A stretch of 64,000 bases of DNA. Origin: Meiothermus sp. Its GTDB lineage: Bacteria; Deinococcota; Deinococci; Deinococcales; Thermaceae. The notes beneath the pieces were generated by a model, which was not told the origin of the DNA, made no database searches, and saw nothing but the letters and a program-made list of their open reading frames with translations. The translations under genes and the position numbers were made by a program. Every line of letters begins with the position of its first letter. Within the stretch, counting starts at the first letter, position 1. The DNA is taken from positions 1 to 64,000 of the forward strand of contig JANRLD010000047.1 of the NCBI GenBank assembly GCA_033762915.1, read 5' to 3'. Shown here in pieces: positions 1 to 10,437 of this stretch.

Positions 1-97
1 CGACGCGGTAGTCGGACAAGAGGGGCTCGAAGTGCTCAAGCGCCACCGGCTCGCGCAGCAGCACGGCCACGGTCTGGGTGTAGATCCCCTTCGACAT
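1..97 (-). CDS. Partial CDS running off the window start (MSKGIYTQTVAVLLREPV...), hypothetical protein
   Basis: ATG at 97 on the minus strand just downstream of purD; frame open to the window edge. Confidence 0.5.
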   Translation of the reverse strand, partial: MSKGIYTQTVAVLLREPVALEHFEPLLSDYRV

Positions 98-150
98 GGG
101 GCTAGGCTATCGCATTTCCGGGGGCACGAAACCGACGCAAGACACCTACG

Positions 151-1404
151 TCAGAGCAGTTTCTTACCGATGTCGCGGCGATACAGAGCCCTGGGAAAGT
201 CCACCTTTTGCACGGCGGCGTTGGCGGTCTGGATGGCCCCCTGCATCGTCGCCCCCAGCCCCACCACGGCCAGCACCCGCCCGCCGCCGGTGAGCAGACC
301 CGCCCCGCCCTGCCTGGTTCCAGCCTGGAAGTACAGCACATTGGGGGGGACTTCGGCAGGCAGGCTGAGGGGCAGGCCCTTGTGGGGGTCTTCGGGGTAG
401 CCGGGGGCAGCCATCACCACGCAGGCCGAGGCGCCGGTGTCCCACTCGAGCTCCACCTCGTCCAGGCGGCCCTCGCAGACTGCGAGGGCCACCTCGATCA
501 GGTCCGTACGGAGCAGGGGCAGGATGGCCTGGCACTCGGGGTCGCCGAAGCGGGCGTTGAACTCCAGCACCTTTGGGCCATCGTCGGTGAGCATCAGGCC
601 GGCGTAGATCACGCCGCGGTAGACGATCCCCTCGGCCCGCAGCCCCTCTATCAGCGGCTCCAAGACCCGCTCGCGCACCTCGGTCATCACCCCCGCCGCC
701 AGCGGGTAGGGGCAGACCGCCCCCATCCCGCCGGTCATGGCCCCGGCGTCGCCGTCCAGCAGCCGCTTGTGATCCTGCGAGGCCAGCAGGGGCCGGATGG
801 TGACACCGTCGGTGATGGCCAGCACCGTGACCTCAGGGCCACTCAGAAACTCCTCGATCACGATCTCGGCGGGCTCGGGACTCTCGAGGATGTTGACCAC
901 GGCCTGCTTGGCCTGGTGGAGGTCGACGGCCACCGTGACCCCCTTGCCCGCCGCCAGCCCTGAATCCTTAACCACGATGGGGGTGCCGACCTGCTCGAGG
1001 TAGGCCAGTGCCGCGAAGGTGTCGTTAAAGCTCCGGTGCCGCGCGGTGGGAATCCCGAAACGCTCCATCAGGTCCTTGGCAAACACCTTGGAGCCCTCGA
1101 TCATCGCCGCCCGCCGCACCGGGCCGAAAATCTTCAGCCCTCGAGCCTCGAAGGCGTCCACGATCCCCTCCACCAGCGGGGCCTCGGGGCCGACCAGGGT
1201 CAGGTCTATGCGCTCACCTTGTGCCCAGTCAGCCAGTTCCTGCACGTCACCGTTCCAAGCCACGCACTCCGCCAGCTCGGCGATCCCCGGATTTCCCGGT
1301 GCCGCGTACAGTTTGGACACCCTGTGAGACTGCGCCGCCTTCCACGCAATCGCGTGCTCCCGCCCGCCCGAACCCACCACCAGTACTTTCACGCCCAGCA
1401 TCAT
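151..1404 (-). CDS. purD: Phosphoribosylamine--glycine ligase
   Basis: KVLVVGSGGREHA, GPEAPL, EGSK, QDHKR, TGGMGA and EFNARFGDPE motifs. Confidence 0.97.
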   Translation of the reverse strand: MMLGVKVLVVGSGGREHAIAWKAAQSHRVSKLYAAPGNPGIAELAECVAWNGDVQELADWAQGERIDLTLVGPEAPLVEGIVDAFEARGLKIFGPVRRAAMIEGSKVFAKDLMERFGIPTARHRSFNDTFAALAYLEQVGTPIVVKDSGLAAGKGVTVAVDLHQAKQAVVNILESPEPAEIVIEEFLSGPEVTVLAITDGVTIRPLLASQDHKRLLDGDAGAMTGGMGAVCPYPLAAGVMTEVRERVLEPLIEGLRAEGIVYRGVIYAGLMLTDDGPKVLEFNARFGDPECQAILPLLRTDLIEVALAVCEGRLDEVELEWDTGASACVVMAAPGYPEDPHKGLPLSLPAEVPPNVLYFQAGTRQGGAGLLTGGGRVLAVVGLGATMQGAIQTANAAVQKVDFPRALYRRDIGKKLL

Positions 1405-1458
1405 ACGGCGGCACAGGGAGATGGGGAGAGGAGGGGTGCAGGGCCGAAGGGCGTGTAG

Positions 1459-3162
1459 CTATACTTTTTGGCCCATGCCCTTCGCCGCTTTCTCCTTCTC
1501 TCCCCTGCTTCCCTGCCCGTTGCGGGAGCCCTCGGCCTCGGCCTCGCCCCGCCCTGGCCCCCTGCTTTCCCCCGCCTCCATGCCTGCGACATGCGGGTAG
1601 ATCCGATCCCGCCCGTCCTGCTTGGCCTGGTAGAGCACCTTGTCGGCCTCCTCGAGCCAGCGGTGGATGGCGGCCATCGAGGTGGGGATCTCGCCCCCGG
1701 CCATGCCGCCAGAGACGCTGAGGGGCTTGGTTATGGGCCCGACCCGCACCACCTTGACCTCCTGGCGGATGCGCTCCAGCACCCGATAGGCGTCGTCGAG
1801 GTTGGCCCCCGAGAGCACCAGCCCAAACTCCTCGCCGCCCAGCCGCACCACCAGGTCGTCGTTGCGGGAGAACTTGCGCAGAAGCTGGGCCATGTGCTGG
1901 AGCACCTCGTCGCCGACTGGGTGGCCGTAGGTGTCGTTGACCTTCTTGAAGTGGTCGAGGTCCAGGAGCGCCACCGTGATGGGCCGGCGGTTCTCCTGCG
2001 AAAGACGGATCAGGCGCTGCATCTGGCGCTCGAAGCCGCGCCGGTTGAGCAAGCCGGTCAGGGGGTCGGAGTAGGCCTTGGAGCGGTACTCGTTGAGGGT
2101 CAGGGAGAGGCGCAGCCGCTCGGACATCAGCGGAGCCAGGGCCTCCAAGCCCCGGTGCTCGGGCGGCTCGCTGGTGAAGTAGAGCCGGGCCTCGGTAGGG
2201 GTCTCGAGCAGCAGTTCGAAGGTCTTGACGTAGGGGCCGTTCTGCCCCGCCCGGATCACCGTGTCGGAGCGCACCTCGAGGCCCACCAGGCTGCCGAACA
2301 GCGGGCGAATCCCATCCATTACGCTCTGCAAGACCCCCTGCGGGGCCAGGTTCTGGGTGGACTGGGGCTTGGTGGCGAGTTCTTCCAGCAGGTTGATCCA
2401 CAGCTCGAGGCGGCGCTCGGCCCGCTGGATGCGCCCGAAGACCGCCAGCGTCCAGCCCCCCAGCATCAGCAGCACCGCGTAGCCCCAAACCCCCAGGGTG
2501 ACCAGGGGCTCGGGAGCCTGGCGCTCGAGCAGCCCCAGCCAGACCAAGCTCCCCACCAGACCCAGCAGACCCACCCCCAACAGCCCCTTCCCGATGGGCA
2601 TCTCACGCCACTCGAGGTAGGCCCCCAGGCACAGCAGGCCGTAGCCCAGGAGGCTGATCGGCAGCGCGAAACCAGGGCCGCCCAGCCAGACCGTCGAGAC
2701 CCCGGCGAAGGCGTGGAGCAGCAGCCCCGAGCCCCAGATCAGCCGGGCCTCGCTGGCCGCGCCACGCAGGGCGGGCTCGAGCAGGCCCAGCAGCACCACC
2801 AGCGGCAGCAGCTGGATGGCCGCCACCGCTGACTGCGGCGAGAACCCTTCCTTCCAGAACAGCCCGTAGCCGCCCGCCACCAGGAGCGGCAGGAGCAGCA
2901 GGGAAAACAGCGGAAAGGCCCGCTGCCCCAGGCTGTACAGGCCCAGCGCCCAAGCCAAGGCCCCCCCAATCAGCAACCCGTCGCTGACGACCTGCCCCTG
3001 ATTGCTCCAGACCAGCAAGCCGCTCAGGTAGTGGGCGCTCCAGGCCACGCTGCCCAGCGCGGCCCAGCGCCAGGCCGGCTCGCGGCGGCTCGAGATCCAA
3101 AAAATCATTCCCGCAATCAGGGTAAATAGGGCTTGAATGAGTTCAGGCCGAAGCTCGGTCAT
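1459..3162 (-). CDS. Membrane-bound diguanylate cyclase (GGDEF domain)
   Basis: Multiple N-terminal TM segments; DPLTGLLNRR, DLDHFKKVNDTYGH, RLGGEEF. Start chosen from TATGTT -10 lying 7 nt before ATG 3162. Confidence 0.88.
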   Translation of the reverse strand: MTELRPELIQALFTLIAGMIFWISSRREPAWRWAALGSVAWSAHYLSGLLVWSNQGQVVSDGLLIGGALAWALGLYSLGQRAFPLFSLLLLPLLVAGGYGLFWKEGFSPQSAVAAIQLLPLVVLLGLLEPALRGAASEARLIWGSGLLLHAFAGVSTVWLGGPGFALPISLLGYGLLCLGAYLEWREMPIGKGLLGVGLLGLVGSLVWLGLLERQAPEPLVTLGVWGYAVLLMLGGWTLAVFGRIQRAERRLELWINLLEELATKPQSTQNLAPQGVLQSVMDGIRPLFGSLVGLEVRSDTVIRAGQNGPYVKTFELLLETPTEARLYFTSEPPEHRGLEALAPLMSERLRLSLTLNEYRSKAYSDPLTGLLNRRGFERQMQRLIRLSQENRRPITVALLDLDHFKKVNDTYGHPVGDEVLQHMAQLLRKFSRNDDLVVRLGGEEFGLVLSGANLDDAYRVLERIRQEVKVVRVGPITKPLSVSGGMAGGEIPTSMAAIHRWLEEADKVLYQAKQDGRDRIYPHVAGMEAGESRGPGRGEAEAEGSRNGQGSRGEKEKAAKGMGQKV

Positions 3163-3253
3163 ACCATCGAACATAGCACCCGCGGGCCCGACATCACGAG
3201 GCATTTAGGCGTTACTTGTTCAATGAGAATAGCGATCTGTAACATAGGGGACA

Positions 3254-3709
3254 ATGCTCAAGGTGGTGCTCTACCAGCCTGAAATCCCCCAGAACGCGGG
3301 TAACATCGCCCGAACCTGTGCCGCCACGGGTGCGCAGCTCCACCTGATCCGCCCGCTAGGGTTCATCTGGGGCCAGGCCCAGATCAAGCGGGCAGGGCTG
3401 GACTACTGGGAACATCTGGACTACGTGCTCCACAACTCCTGGCCGGACTTCCTGGCGCACTTGCCCGAGCGCAGCCGGGTCTGGGCCTTCAGCAGCAAGG
3501 TCGAAACCCGCTACAGCGAGGTGTACTACCACCCCGACGACTACCTGCTCTTCGGGCCCGAGAGCCGGGGTTTGCCGGGCGAAGTCTTGGAGCGCTTCCC
3601 CTCGGTCACCATCCCCATGCCCGGCCCCGGCGGCCGCTCGCTGAACCTGGCGGTCTCGGTGGGCGTGGGGCTGTACGAGGCCCTGCGACAGACCGGGTTC
3701 GGGAGATGA
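3254..3709 (+). CDS. trmL: tRNA (cytidine/uridine(34)-2'-O)-methyltransferase, SpoU family
   Basis: PEIPQNAGNIARTC, RAGLDYW, FGPESRGL, RSLNLAVS. Confidence 0.93.
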   Translation: MLKVVLYQPEIPQNAGNIARTCAATGAQLHLIRPLGFIWGQAQIKRAGLDYWEHLDYVLHNSWPDFLAHLPERSRVWAFSSKVETRYSEVYYHPDDYLLFGPESRGLPGEVLERFPSVTIPMPGPGGRSLNLAVSVGVGLYEALRQTGFGR

Positions 3710-3857
3710 GGCCTGGGCAAACGAGAAGGGCATCGGGCCAGAGGAAGGTCTTGCGTGCCATGAGCGGCCCGCTCACCCTCTTCCACAGCCCACCTGCGGT
3801 TCATGGGGCCGAGGTTTGGGGGACGCTCGAGGAAGACTGCAGGGTCGCCTCTAGCCT

Positions 3858-3973
3858 CCAGGTGTCTGGGTGGTTGAACTGCGGAATGCCACCCCGAGAC
3901 GCCCGCTCAGGAGTTGTGCCCGTGTTTGCAGCTGCGTCGTTCGCTGGCCTCGCAAAGACCCTGGTGCAATAGA
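3858..3973 (-). repeat. Diverged copy of the dispersed MITE/REP-like repeat
   Basis: Reverse complement CTATTGCACCAGGGTCTTTGCG...GGGCACAACTCC...GGGCGTCTCGGGGTGGCATTCCGCAGTTCAACC...GACACCTGG aligns by eye to the copies at 6629 and 12265. Confidence 0.55.
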
Positions 3974-4136
3974 TCGAACTCCCCGGGCTACGCTTGTGCG
4001 TTCGCGGGGGGCGGGGCACCCCTGGCCGCAGCCTCCAGGTCGCCGCAAATAGCAAGGCGGCTGACGACCCCTGACCCCGCCCCTCGGCCCCGAACTTCCG
4101 GCTGTCCGTTTCCCCTTGTACTGCCCCGCCCTTCCC

Positions 4137-5108
4137 CTACCTGGCTGGGGCTGGAGCCGGGGCCGTGGTAGCCGCCTGCCCCAGGGTGCGCAGGTCGAGC
4201 AGGAAGTTGCCGCTGGTAGGCACCATGATGGTCTGGATGTTGGGGGCCAACTTCTCGGCCACGGTGAGCTGGATGACCTGCGGCGATCTTCGCAGGGCGT
4301 CGCCGCGAAGGGTGATCGAGCGGGCCTCGCCCTCGGCCTTGAGGATGGCCGCGTCGCGCTCGCCCCTGGCCTGGGCCACCACCCGCTGGGCGTCAATTTC
4401 AGCCTGGCGGCGGCGGTTCTCGGCCACCTGCACCTGCTGCTCGGCAGTCTGCTTCTCCTCGATCACCTTGGCCACCGAGTCGGGGATGTCAATGCGGCGC
4501 AGCAATACCGAGACCAGCTCGACGTGTTGCTTGTCCAGGTCCTCGCGCAGCTCCTTGGTGACGGCGGCCTCGAGCTGCGTCCGCTGGGTGCTGATCAGCT
4601 CTGCAGCGTTGAACAGCCCCACCGCGTCGCGGATCTTGGAGCGGATCTGTGGAACAACCAGGGTCTCGAGGTACAACGGCCCCAGGTTGCGGTGCAGTTG
4701 GGGGGCCTCCACCCCCTTGATGCGGTACTGCACAGTCACGTCCACCCCAATGTCTAGCCCCTCCTTGCTGCGGGCGTTGATGGCGTCCTCGCCGGGGGTG
4801 GTGGTGCCCTGCGGGGCCGGCCCCTTGGCCAGGGTCACCTCCTTGAGGCGGGCGTCGTAGAGGATCACGTTCTGGACGCCCGGTAGCACAAAGCGAAAAC
4901 CCTCGCCCAGCGGGGTCGGCTGCACCCCCCCGAAGATGTTGAACACCACCCCCACGAAGCCCGCCGGGATGACCACAAAGCTCTGCGAGACGGCCCCCAG
5001 CGCGATTCCCGCCACGATCAGCGGAACCCCCAGCGCCCGCCGGGCTCCGGGCTGCACCAGCAACACGATGCCCAGCACCAGCAGGACGATACCGATCAAC
5101 AAGACCAT
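4137..5108 (-). CDS. SPFH/Band 7/prohibitin family membrane protein
   Basis: N-terminal TM segments, SKEGLDIGVDVTVQY, coiled-coil EEKQTAEQQ...AEGEA. Confidence 0.9.
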   Translation of the reverse strand: MVLLIGIVLLVLGIVLLVQPGARRALGVPLIVAGIALGAVSQSFVVIPAGFVGVVFNIFGGVQPTPLGEGFRFVLPGVQNVILYDARLKEVTLAKGPAPQGTTTPGEDAINARSKEGLDIGVDVTVQYRIKGVEAPQLHRNLGPLYLETLVVPQIRSKIRDAVGLFNAAELISTQRTQLEAAVTKELREDLDKQHVELVSVLLRRIDIPDSVAKVIEEKQTAEQQVQVAENRRRQAEIDAQRVVAQARGERDAAILKAEGEARSITLRGDALRRSPQVIQLTVAEKLAPNIQTIMVPTSGNFLLDLRTLGQAATTAPAPAPAR

Positions 5109-5351
5109 ACCTTCACCTCCAAGGCCTGACCCCTCTAGTATGCCCCATGGCGCGTCACCCGGCGGTTACAAACCCTCGAGCGCCTGGTCCTGCTAAGTAG
5201 GCCGCAGGCCTCCCCAGCGACGGGACCGCCGCGCCGGGCCGGACTCCAGCCATAGGCGTTGATGCCTTTCGGCCCTCGGCAGCTGGCGTTGGGCTTTGGC
5301 CATGCGCCATCTGCTATCAGCCTCGGCCCCCAATCGGGTATAACTAACAGC

Positions 5352-5642
5352 GTGAGCGACACGCCCGAGGCTGAAGACACCGCCCAGCTACCCTCGAGGC
5401 TAATTGGGGAGACCGTCTACGTGCTGTTCCTCTCGGCCCCCAGGGTGGTGGCGGAGGGGATCAGGGCGTGGCTCGAGGCGGCCCGAATCCCGGTCTTCCT
5501 CGAGACCCCCTTCACCCAGTTCGGGGTGGGCGACTTTTACATGGGCACGTACACCGGCGACGTGACACTGTGGGTGCCCTATCACCTGTACGACGAGGCC
5601 GAGATGGTCTTGGAGCGCGACAACCAGGGGGAAGAGACATGA
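5352..5642 (+). CDS. Small hypothetical protein (DUF2007-like)
   Basis: GTG start after a -10-like element; AEGIRAWLEAARIPV...VTLWVP..YDEA pattern; ATGA overlap with the next gene. Confidence 0.6.
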   Translation: MSDTPEAEDTAQLPSRLIGETVYVLFLSAPRVVAEGIRAWLEAARIPVFLETPFTQFGVGDFYMGTYTGDVTLWVPYHLYDEAEMVLERDNQGEET

Positions 5643-6541
5643 GCGTGGTGGGGATAGATTTGGGCGGTACCAAGATCGCGGCGGGCGTGTTCAGGGGCGG
5701 AGAAATTGCCTCGAGGGTCACGGTACCCACCCCCGAGGAGGGCGGTGAGGCGGTGGTGGCCGCGATGGCCCACGCCGCCAGGGCCGCCGCCGAGGCCGCC
5801 GGGGTCGAGATCACGGCCATCGGGCTGGGCACGCCGGGGCCGCTGAACTACAAGACCGGGGTGATCAAGTTCGCCCCCAACATCGCGGGCTTCACCAATT
5901 TTCCCATCCGGCCGCTGCTCGAGGCCGCCACCGGCAGGCCGGTCTACATCGAGAACGACGCCAACGCCGCCGCCTTGGCCGAGCACAAGCTGGGCGCGGG
6001 CCGCGGCTCGGACAGCACCCTCTTCGTGACCGTCTCCACGGGGGTGGGGGGCGGCTTCGTGCTGGGCGACAAGGTGCTGCGCGGGGCCAACGGCCAGGGT
6101 GCGGAGGTAGGGCACATCACCGTGCAGGCTGGGGGACCCATGTGCGGCTGTGGGCTGGACGGCTGCCTCGAGGCCATCGCCACCGGCCCCGCCATGGAGC
6201 GGATGGCCCTGGCGGCCTTCCAGCGCGAGATGGGAACCAGGGAACTCTTTGCCCTCTTCCAACAGGGTGACCCCAGGGCCAGTCGAATCATGCTTCAGGG
6301 GGCGCACTGGCTGGGTGTCGGGCTGGCCTCGCTGGCCAAGTGCTTCGACCCTGACGTGATCGTGGTGGGGGGCGGGGTTGCCCTCAACGCCGGCCAGCCC
6401 TACCTCGACGAGATCCACGACACCTACGCCCGCTACATGACCGGCTGGATCGCCCCCCCCATCCAGATGGCCAAGCTGGGCGGCGAGGCCGGGCTGCTGG
6501 GCGCCGCCCTCACAGCGGCGTTGGAGGTGGGGGAAGCCTGA
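5639..6541 (+). CDS. glk: ROK family sugar kinase (glucokinase)
   Basis: GIDLGGTK, ENDANAAALAE, STGVGGG, EVGH, CGCGLDGCLE. Confidence 0.9.
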   Translation: MSVVGIDLGGTKIAAGVFRGGEIASRVTVPTPEEGGEAVVAAMAHAARAAAEAAGVEITAIGLGTPGPLNYKTGVIKFAPNIAGFTNFPIRPLLEAATGRPVYIENDANAAALAEHKLGAGRGSDSTLFVTVSTGVGGGFVLGDKVLRGANGQGAEVGHITVQAGGPMCGCGLDGCLEAIATGPAMERMALAAFQREMGTRELFALFQQGDPRASRIMLQGAHWLGVGLASLAKCFDPDVIVVGGGVALNAGQPYLDEIHDTYARYMTGWIAPPIQMAKLGGEAGLLGAALTAALEVGEA

Positions 6542-6628
6542 AACAGAGAAGAGACCGGGGCAAAGCAGAAGAGGAAACCGTGCGTATCCGTCTCCTCCTT
6601 CCCCATCCCACCACCCCACCTTTCAGGC

Positions 6629-6823
6629 CTAGATTGCACTGGGGTGAGCGAGATCGGCGGGGGCAACCGTTGCGTTCCTGGTCAGCGTGGCTTGCGCCAT
6701 AGCCGCAGGTCGGCTACCCGGGTCGGAGTGGCTTGCGCCATAGCCGCGGGGCGGCTACCCGGGGCGCAATACGGCGGGCGTTTCGGGGAGGCATTTTTGC
6801 AGCTTAACTATTGCGACACTTAG
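6629..6823 (+). repeat. Dispersed MITE/REP-like repeat with two internal hairpin units
   Basis: Two tandem GTGGCTTGCGCCATAGCCGC...CGGCTACCCG units; ends ...GACACTTAG like the other copies. Confidence 0.8.
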
Positions 6824-7767
6824 GGCCAGGACAGCCGGAAGTAAAGCTTGACGTTCTGGATGGGAGCCCTCGAGACCTCCACCCCCAACGTGGCGTAGGG
6901 GTGCCAGCCCAAAGCCGCGCCGAAGAGCAGTTTCTGTGGGGATAGGAAGAAGGTCTCGAACTGCTGGTTGGCGGGCACCCCGGCCGAGTCGAAGACCCGG
7001 AAGTCGGGGTTCCACCAGACCAGACCCTCAAGACCCAGATCGGCCAGGCCGGGGTCGAACAGCCCAAAAGAAATCCGCCCCTGGCTCCAGAAGCCCCGGT
7101 CGCGCTGCCAGTAGATCTCAAACTCGGGGGTGTCGTAGCCCAGGCGGGGCGATATCTGAACGGTGAGGTCGGGCTGCTGGATGGTCTCAGTGTAGATGCC
7201 CGCCCGCAGCGGCCCCGAGCGCACCCCAGCGAAGAACTGCCCACCCCGGAAATCGGGCAGGAAGAAGTAGGCCAGATCCACCGCGAGGGTGGGGTCGGCA
7301 AAGGAGGTCAGGTCGGCGAAAACGCCCAGCCGCCCCTCGCGGCCCATGATGGTGTCATCCCAGGGACCACCCACATCGGAGCGCTTGCCGAGGGTGATCT
7401 TGGCCCCGGCCAGGGGGAGTTGGGCGTACAGCTCGAGAAAGCTGAACTGCCACAGCCCTTCTAGCCACAGCGCGGGCACCGCCCGCAGCACCAGGATTTC
7501 GTCCTGGCGGCGGCGATCGAAGAGCGAGGCCCCCTGGCTGAGGTCGAGGCGGGCGTCGACCTCGAGCCGCACCCCGAAGGCCAGGCCGAAGCCGCTGTTG
7601 GTCACGCTGGCGCTGCTGAAGTTCCAGGCTGGTTGCAGCACCGCGCCCGGCTTGAGGCAGTAGCTGCTCGAGCCCGGACGCAGGGTGCCGCAGTTGTACT
7701 CCAGCTCGAGGCCCTGCCCCAAAGCCAGCGAGCTCAGCAGCAACAGCAGGACGAAAAGACCGCGCAT
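6820..7767 (-). CDS. Secreted hypothetical protein, possible outer-membrane beta-barrel
   Basis: Signal peptide, alternating amphipathic beta pattern, C-terminal YFRLSWP. Confidence 0.65.
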   Translation of the reverse strand: MRGLFVLLLLLSSLALGQGLELEYNCGTLRPGSSSYCLKPGAVLQPAWNFSSASVTNSGFGLAFGVRLEVDARLDLSQGASLFDRRRQDEILVLRAVPALWLEGLWQFSFLELYAQLPLAGAKITLGKRSDVGGPWDDTIMGREGRLGVFADLTSFADPTLAVDLAYFFLPDFRGGQFFAGVRSGPLRAGIYTETIQQPDLTVQISPRLGYDTPEFEIYWQRDRGFWSQGRISFGLFDPGLADLGLEGLVWWNPDFRVFDSAGVPANQQFETFFLSPQKLLFGAALGWHPYATLGVEVSRAPIQNVKLYFRLSWP

Positions 7768-8051
7768 AATCTCAGGGTATTATCCGATGCAGAGAAAAGT
7801 GGGTCATATCGGTGTGAAGGGGGCCAAGGGCTGGCGTTAGCGTACGCTTTGTTGGCCCTCTTGGGCGAACAGCACGTGCAGGACAGCAAACGCACCGCCC
7901 GCCGCACACATCCGAGAGGAAAATAGGCTGGATCAGGTAATCCTCGAGCGCGGCCCAAAACTCGGGGGGTATCGCTCCCCCCTCGACGTGGTGCTCGAGT
8001 CCCGACCCCCGACCTTCGACCTGGTAGTTGTGACGTGCGACCTTCAGCCCC

Positions 8052-9296
8052 CTACAGCCTGCTCCTGGGGTCGAGCGCGTCGCGCAGCCCGTCTCCCAGG
8101 TAGTTGAAGGAGAGCACCGTGAGGAAGATCATGAAGCCGGGGAACAGCGCCAGCCAGGGATAGTCGAAAAGGTACTGCTGGGCGTTGGTGAGCATATTGC
8201 CCCAGGTGGCCACCGGGGGCTGGATGCCGAAGCCCAGGAAGGACAGGGCCGATTCGGTAATGATGGCCCCGCCCACCGCCAGGGTGGTGTTGACGATCAG
8301 GGGAGCCAGGGTGTTGGGCACCAGGTGGCGGAACATAATCCGGCCGCTGCCCGCGCCCAGCGCCTGGGCAGCGGTGGTGAACTCCTGCTCGCGCAGGCTC
8401 AAGACTGCACCGCGCACCAGCCGGCCCGTACCCACCCAACCGAACAGCACGATGATGGTGATGATGATCAGCACCGAAGCCGACTCGCCGAAAGTGGAGG
8501 TGAACCAGCGGCCCACCAGGCCCTGGGTGTCGCGCAGCAGGGCCGAGAGCACCAGCAGCAGCGGCAGTTCGGGTATGGTTAGGATGAAGTCCATGAACCT
8601 GCTGACCACGTTGTCCAGGTCCAGCTTGAGCTGGTTGCTGAAGCCGAAAATCCCACCCCAGATCAGCAGCCCGAAGCCCACCAGAAATCCCAGGCTCGAG
8701 AGCACATTGTTAAGGTCGACCGCCCCGCCCAGCAGGGCCTGCACGTTGCGGCCCGAGAGCGTCCAGATCAGTTGGCCCACGAAGAACAAGAAGCCGAAGT
8801 AGAACACCCAGGAGACCGCCCGCCAGGTCCAAAACAGCGGGGTCTGGGGCGCGCCCTTGGCCAGGGGGCCGTAGTAGAAGTTCAGCGGGCGGCCCGCGAA
8901 GTAGCCCGCGATCACCCCCAGCAGCGAGCCGATGATGGCGCTCATGAAGGCCGCCACGAAGCCCACCATCAGCGAGATGCGCGCGCCGTACATAATGCGG
9001 GTGAAGAGGTCGCGGCCCAGGTCGTCGGTGCCCATCAGGTGGGGGAAGGTCGCGCCGGGGTAGCAGCTCGGGGGCGACAGCGGCGGCTTGTTGTAGCAGG
9101 CCGCGAGGTCGGTGCCGGTGGGTTGAGTGGTGGGGCTGTAGGGGGCAATGAAGGGGGCGGTGAGGGCGATGAACACCAGCACCGCGATCACCCCCAGCGA
9201 GAACATTGCGGCGCGGTGCTTACGGAAGCGCCGCCAGGCCAGCGCCCAGGTGGACTGCGACTTACTCTCGGGTTTCTTCTGCGCGATAGCGGCCAT
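8052..9296 (-). CDS. Peptide/nickel ABC transporter permease (DppC/OppC type)
   Basis: GTDDLGRD, GARISL, AAQALGA...RHLVPN, ESALSFLGFG. Confidence 0.92.
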   Translation of the reverse strand: MAAIAQKKPESKSQSTWALAWRRFRKHRAAMFSLGVIAVLVFIALTAPFIAPYSPTTQPTGTDLAACYNKPPLSPPSCYPGATFPHLMGTDDLGRDLFTRIMYGARISLMVGFVAAFMSAIIGSLLGVIAGYFAGRPLNFYYGPLAKGAPQTPLFWTWRAVSWVFYFGFLFFVGQLIWTLSGRNVQALLGGAVDLNNVLSSLGFLVGFGLLIWGGIFGFSNQLKLDLDNVVSRFMDFILTIPELPLLLVLSALLRDTQGLVGRWFTSTFGESASVLIIITIIVLFGWVGTGRLVRGAVLSLREQEFTTAAQALGAGSGRIMFRHLVPNTLAPLIVNTTLAVGGAIITESALSFLGFGIQPPVATWGNMLTNAQQYLFDYPWLALFPGFMIFLTVLSFNYLGDGLRDALDPRSRL

Positions 9297-9306
9297 AACT
9301 CCCCCT

Positions 9307-10317
9307 TTAGCTGTAGCGGATGCGGGGGTCCACCACCGCGTACATAAGGTCGGCGATTAGGTTGAAGACGGCGGTCAGCATGGCGAGGAAGGCCAGCGCC
9401 GCCATCGCCACGTTATAGTCCTTCTGGATCAGCGACTCGAGGATCGCGTTGCCCATCCCCGGGTAAGAGAAGATGAACTCGGTGATGGTGGCCCCGCCGA
9501 AGACGCCAGGAATCGCTAGACCGACCAGGGTGATGATGGGGATCAGGGCGTTGCGCAGGGCGTGCTTATAAATCACGATCCGCTCGCCCAGCCCCTTGGC
9601 CCGCGCGGTACGCACGTAGTCCTGGTTGAGCACCTCGAGCAAGCTGGCCCGCATGAAGCGTGTCCAGGAGGCCATCAGAATCAGGGAGAGGGCGGTGACG
9701 GGCAGGATCAGCTTGAAGATTAGATCGCCCAGATACGTGCCGAAGCTCACCATCCCGCCGGTCACGTCCTGCCACAAGTAAGAGGGCACGCTCTGGGTAG
9801 GGAACTGCGGGAACCAGGGGAACACCGAGTTCAGCCAAAAGGCGAATACGTACAACATCAAGTTGCCCAGGAAGAAGATCGGTATCGAGAAGCCCACGAA
9901 CGAGAGGAAGGTGATGGTGTAGTCGGCCCGGCTGTACTGCCTTACAGCCGAGAAGATGCCCACCGGAATGGCCACCAGCAGTGCCAGGATCAGGGCCGAG
10001 CCTGAGAGCATCAGGGTGCGCGGGAGCCGCTCGCCAAACACAAACTGCGCGGCGGGGTTGCCGTACTGCCGCGACTGACCGAAGTCGCCCTGGATGGCCC
10101 GCCCCAGCCACTTAAAGTAGCGTACGTAGATTGGCTGGTCGAGACCGTAGGCGCTGCGCAGCTCGTTGAGTTGCTCCTCAGTGATGCGGGGGTTGTTCTG
10201 CCGCAGTTCATCCAGCGGGTCGCCCGGCTGGAGGGCCAGCAGGGTGAAGATTACAATCGAGGCCGCGAAGAGCAGGGGCACCATCTGCGCCAGGCGGCGA
10301 ACCGTGTAGGCAAACAT
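9307..10317 (-). CDS. Peptide ABC transporter permease (DppB/OppB type)
   Basis: MFAYTVRRL, PGDP, GDFGQS, DYVRTARAKGL, KHALRNA; TAAACT -10 lies 7 nt before ATG 10317. Confidence 0.92.
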   Translation of the reverse strand: MFAYTVRRLAQMVPLLFAASIVIFTLLALQPGDPLDELRQNNPRITEEQLNELRSAYGLDQPIYVRYFKWLGRAIQGDFGQSRQYGNPAAQFVFGERLPRTLMLSGSALILALLVAIPVGIFSAVRQYSRADYTITFLSFVGFSIPIFFLGNLMLYVFAFWLNSVFPWFPQFPTQSVPSYLWQDVTGGMVSFGTYLGDLIFKLILPVTALSLILMASWTRFMRASLLEVLNQDYVRTARAKGLGERIVIYKHALRNALIPIITLVGLAIPGVFGGATITEFIFSYPGMGNAILESLIQKDYNVAMAALAFLAMLTAVFNLIADLMYAVVDPRIRYS

Positions 10318-10437
10318 GGCGCTCAGTTTACCGTGGCCTGACCCAAAAGTGTTTAGTGTGCAGCCCCACATTCCCATCCACCGCCCGGTGGATGGGTTAC
10401 CTAAACTCCTCACCCCCGACACGCCTACAGTTACCGC

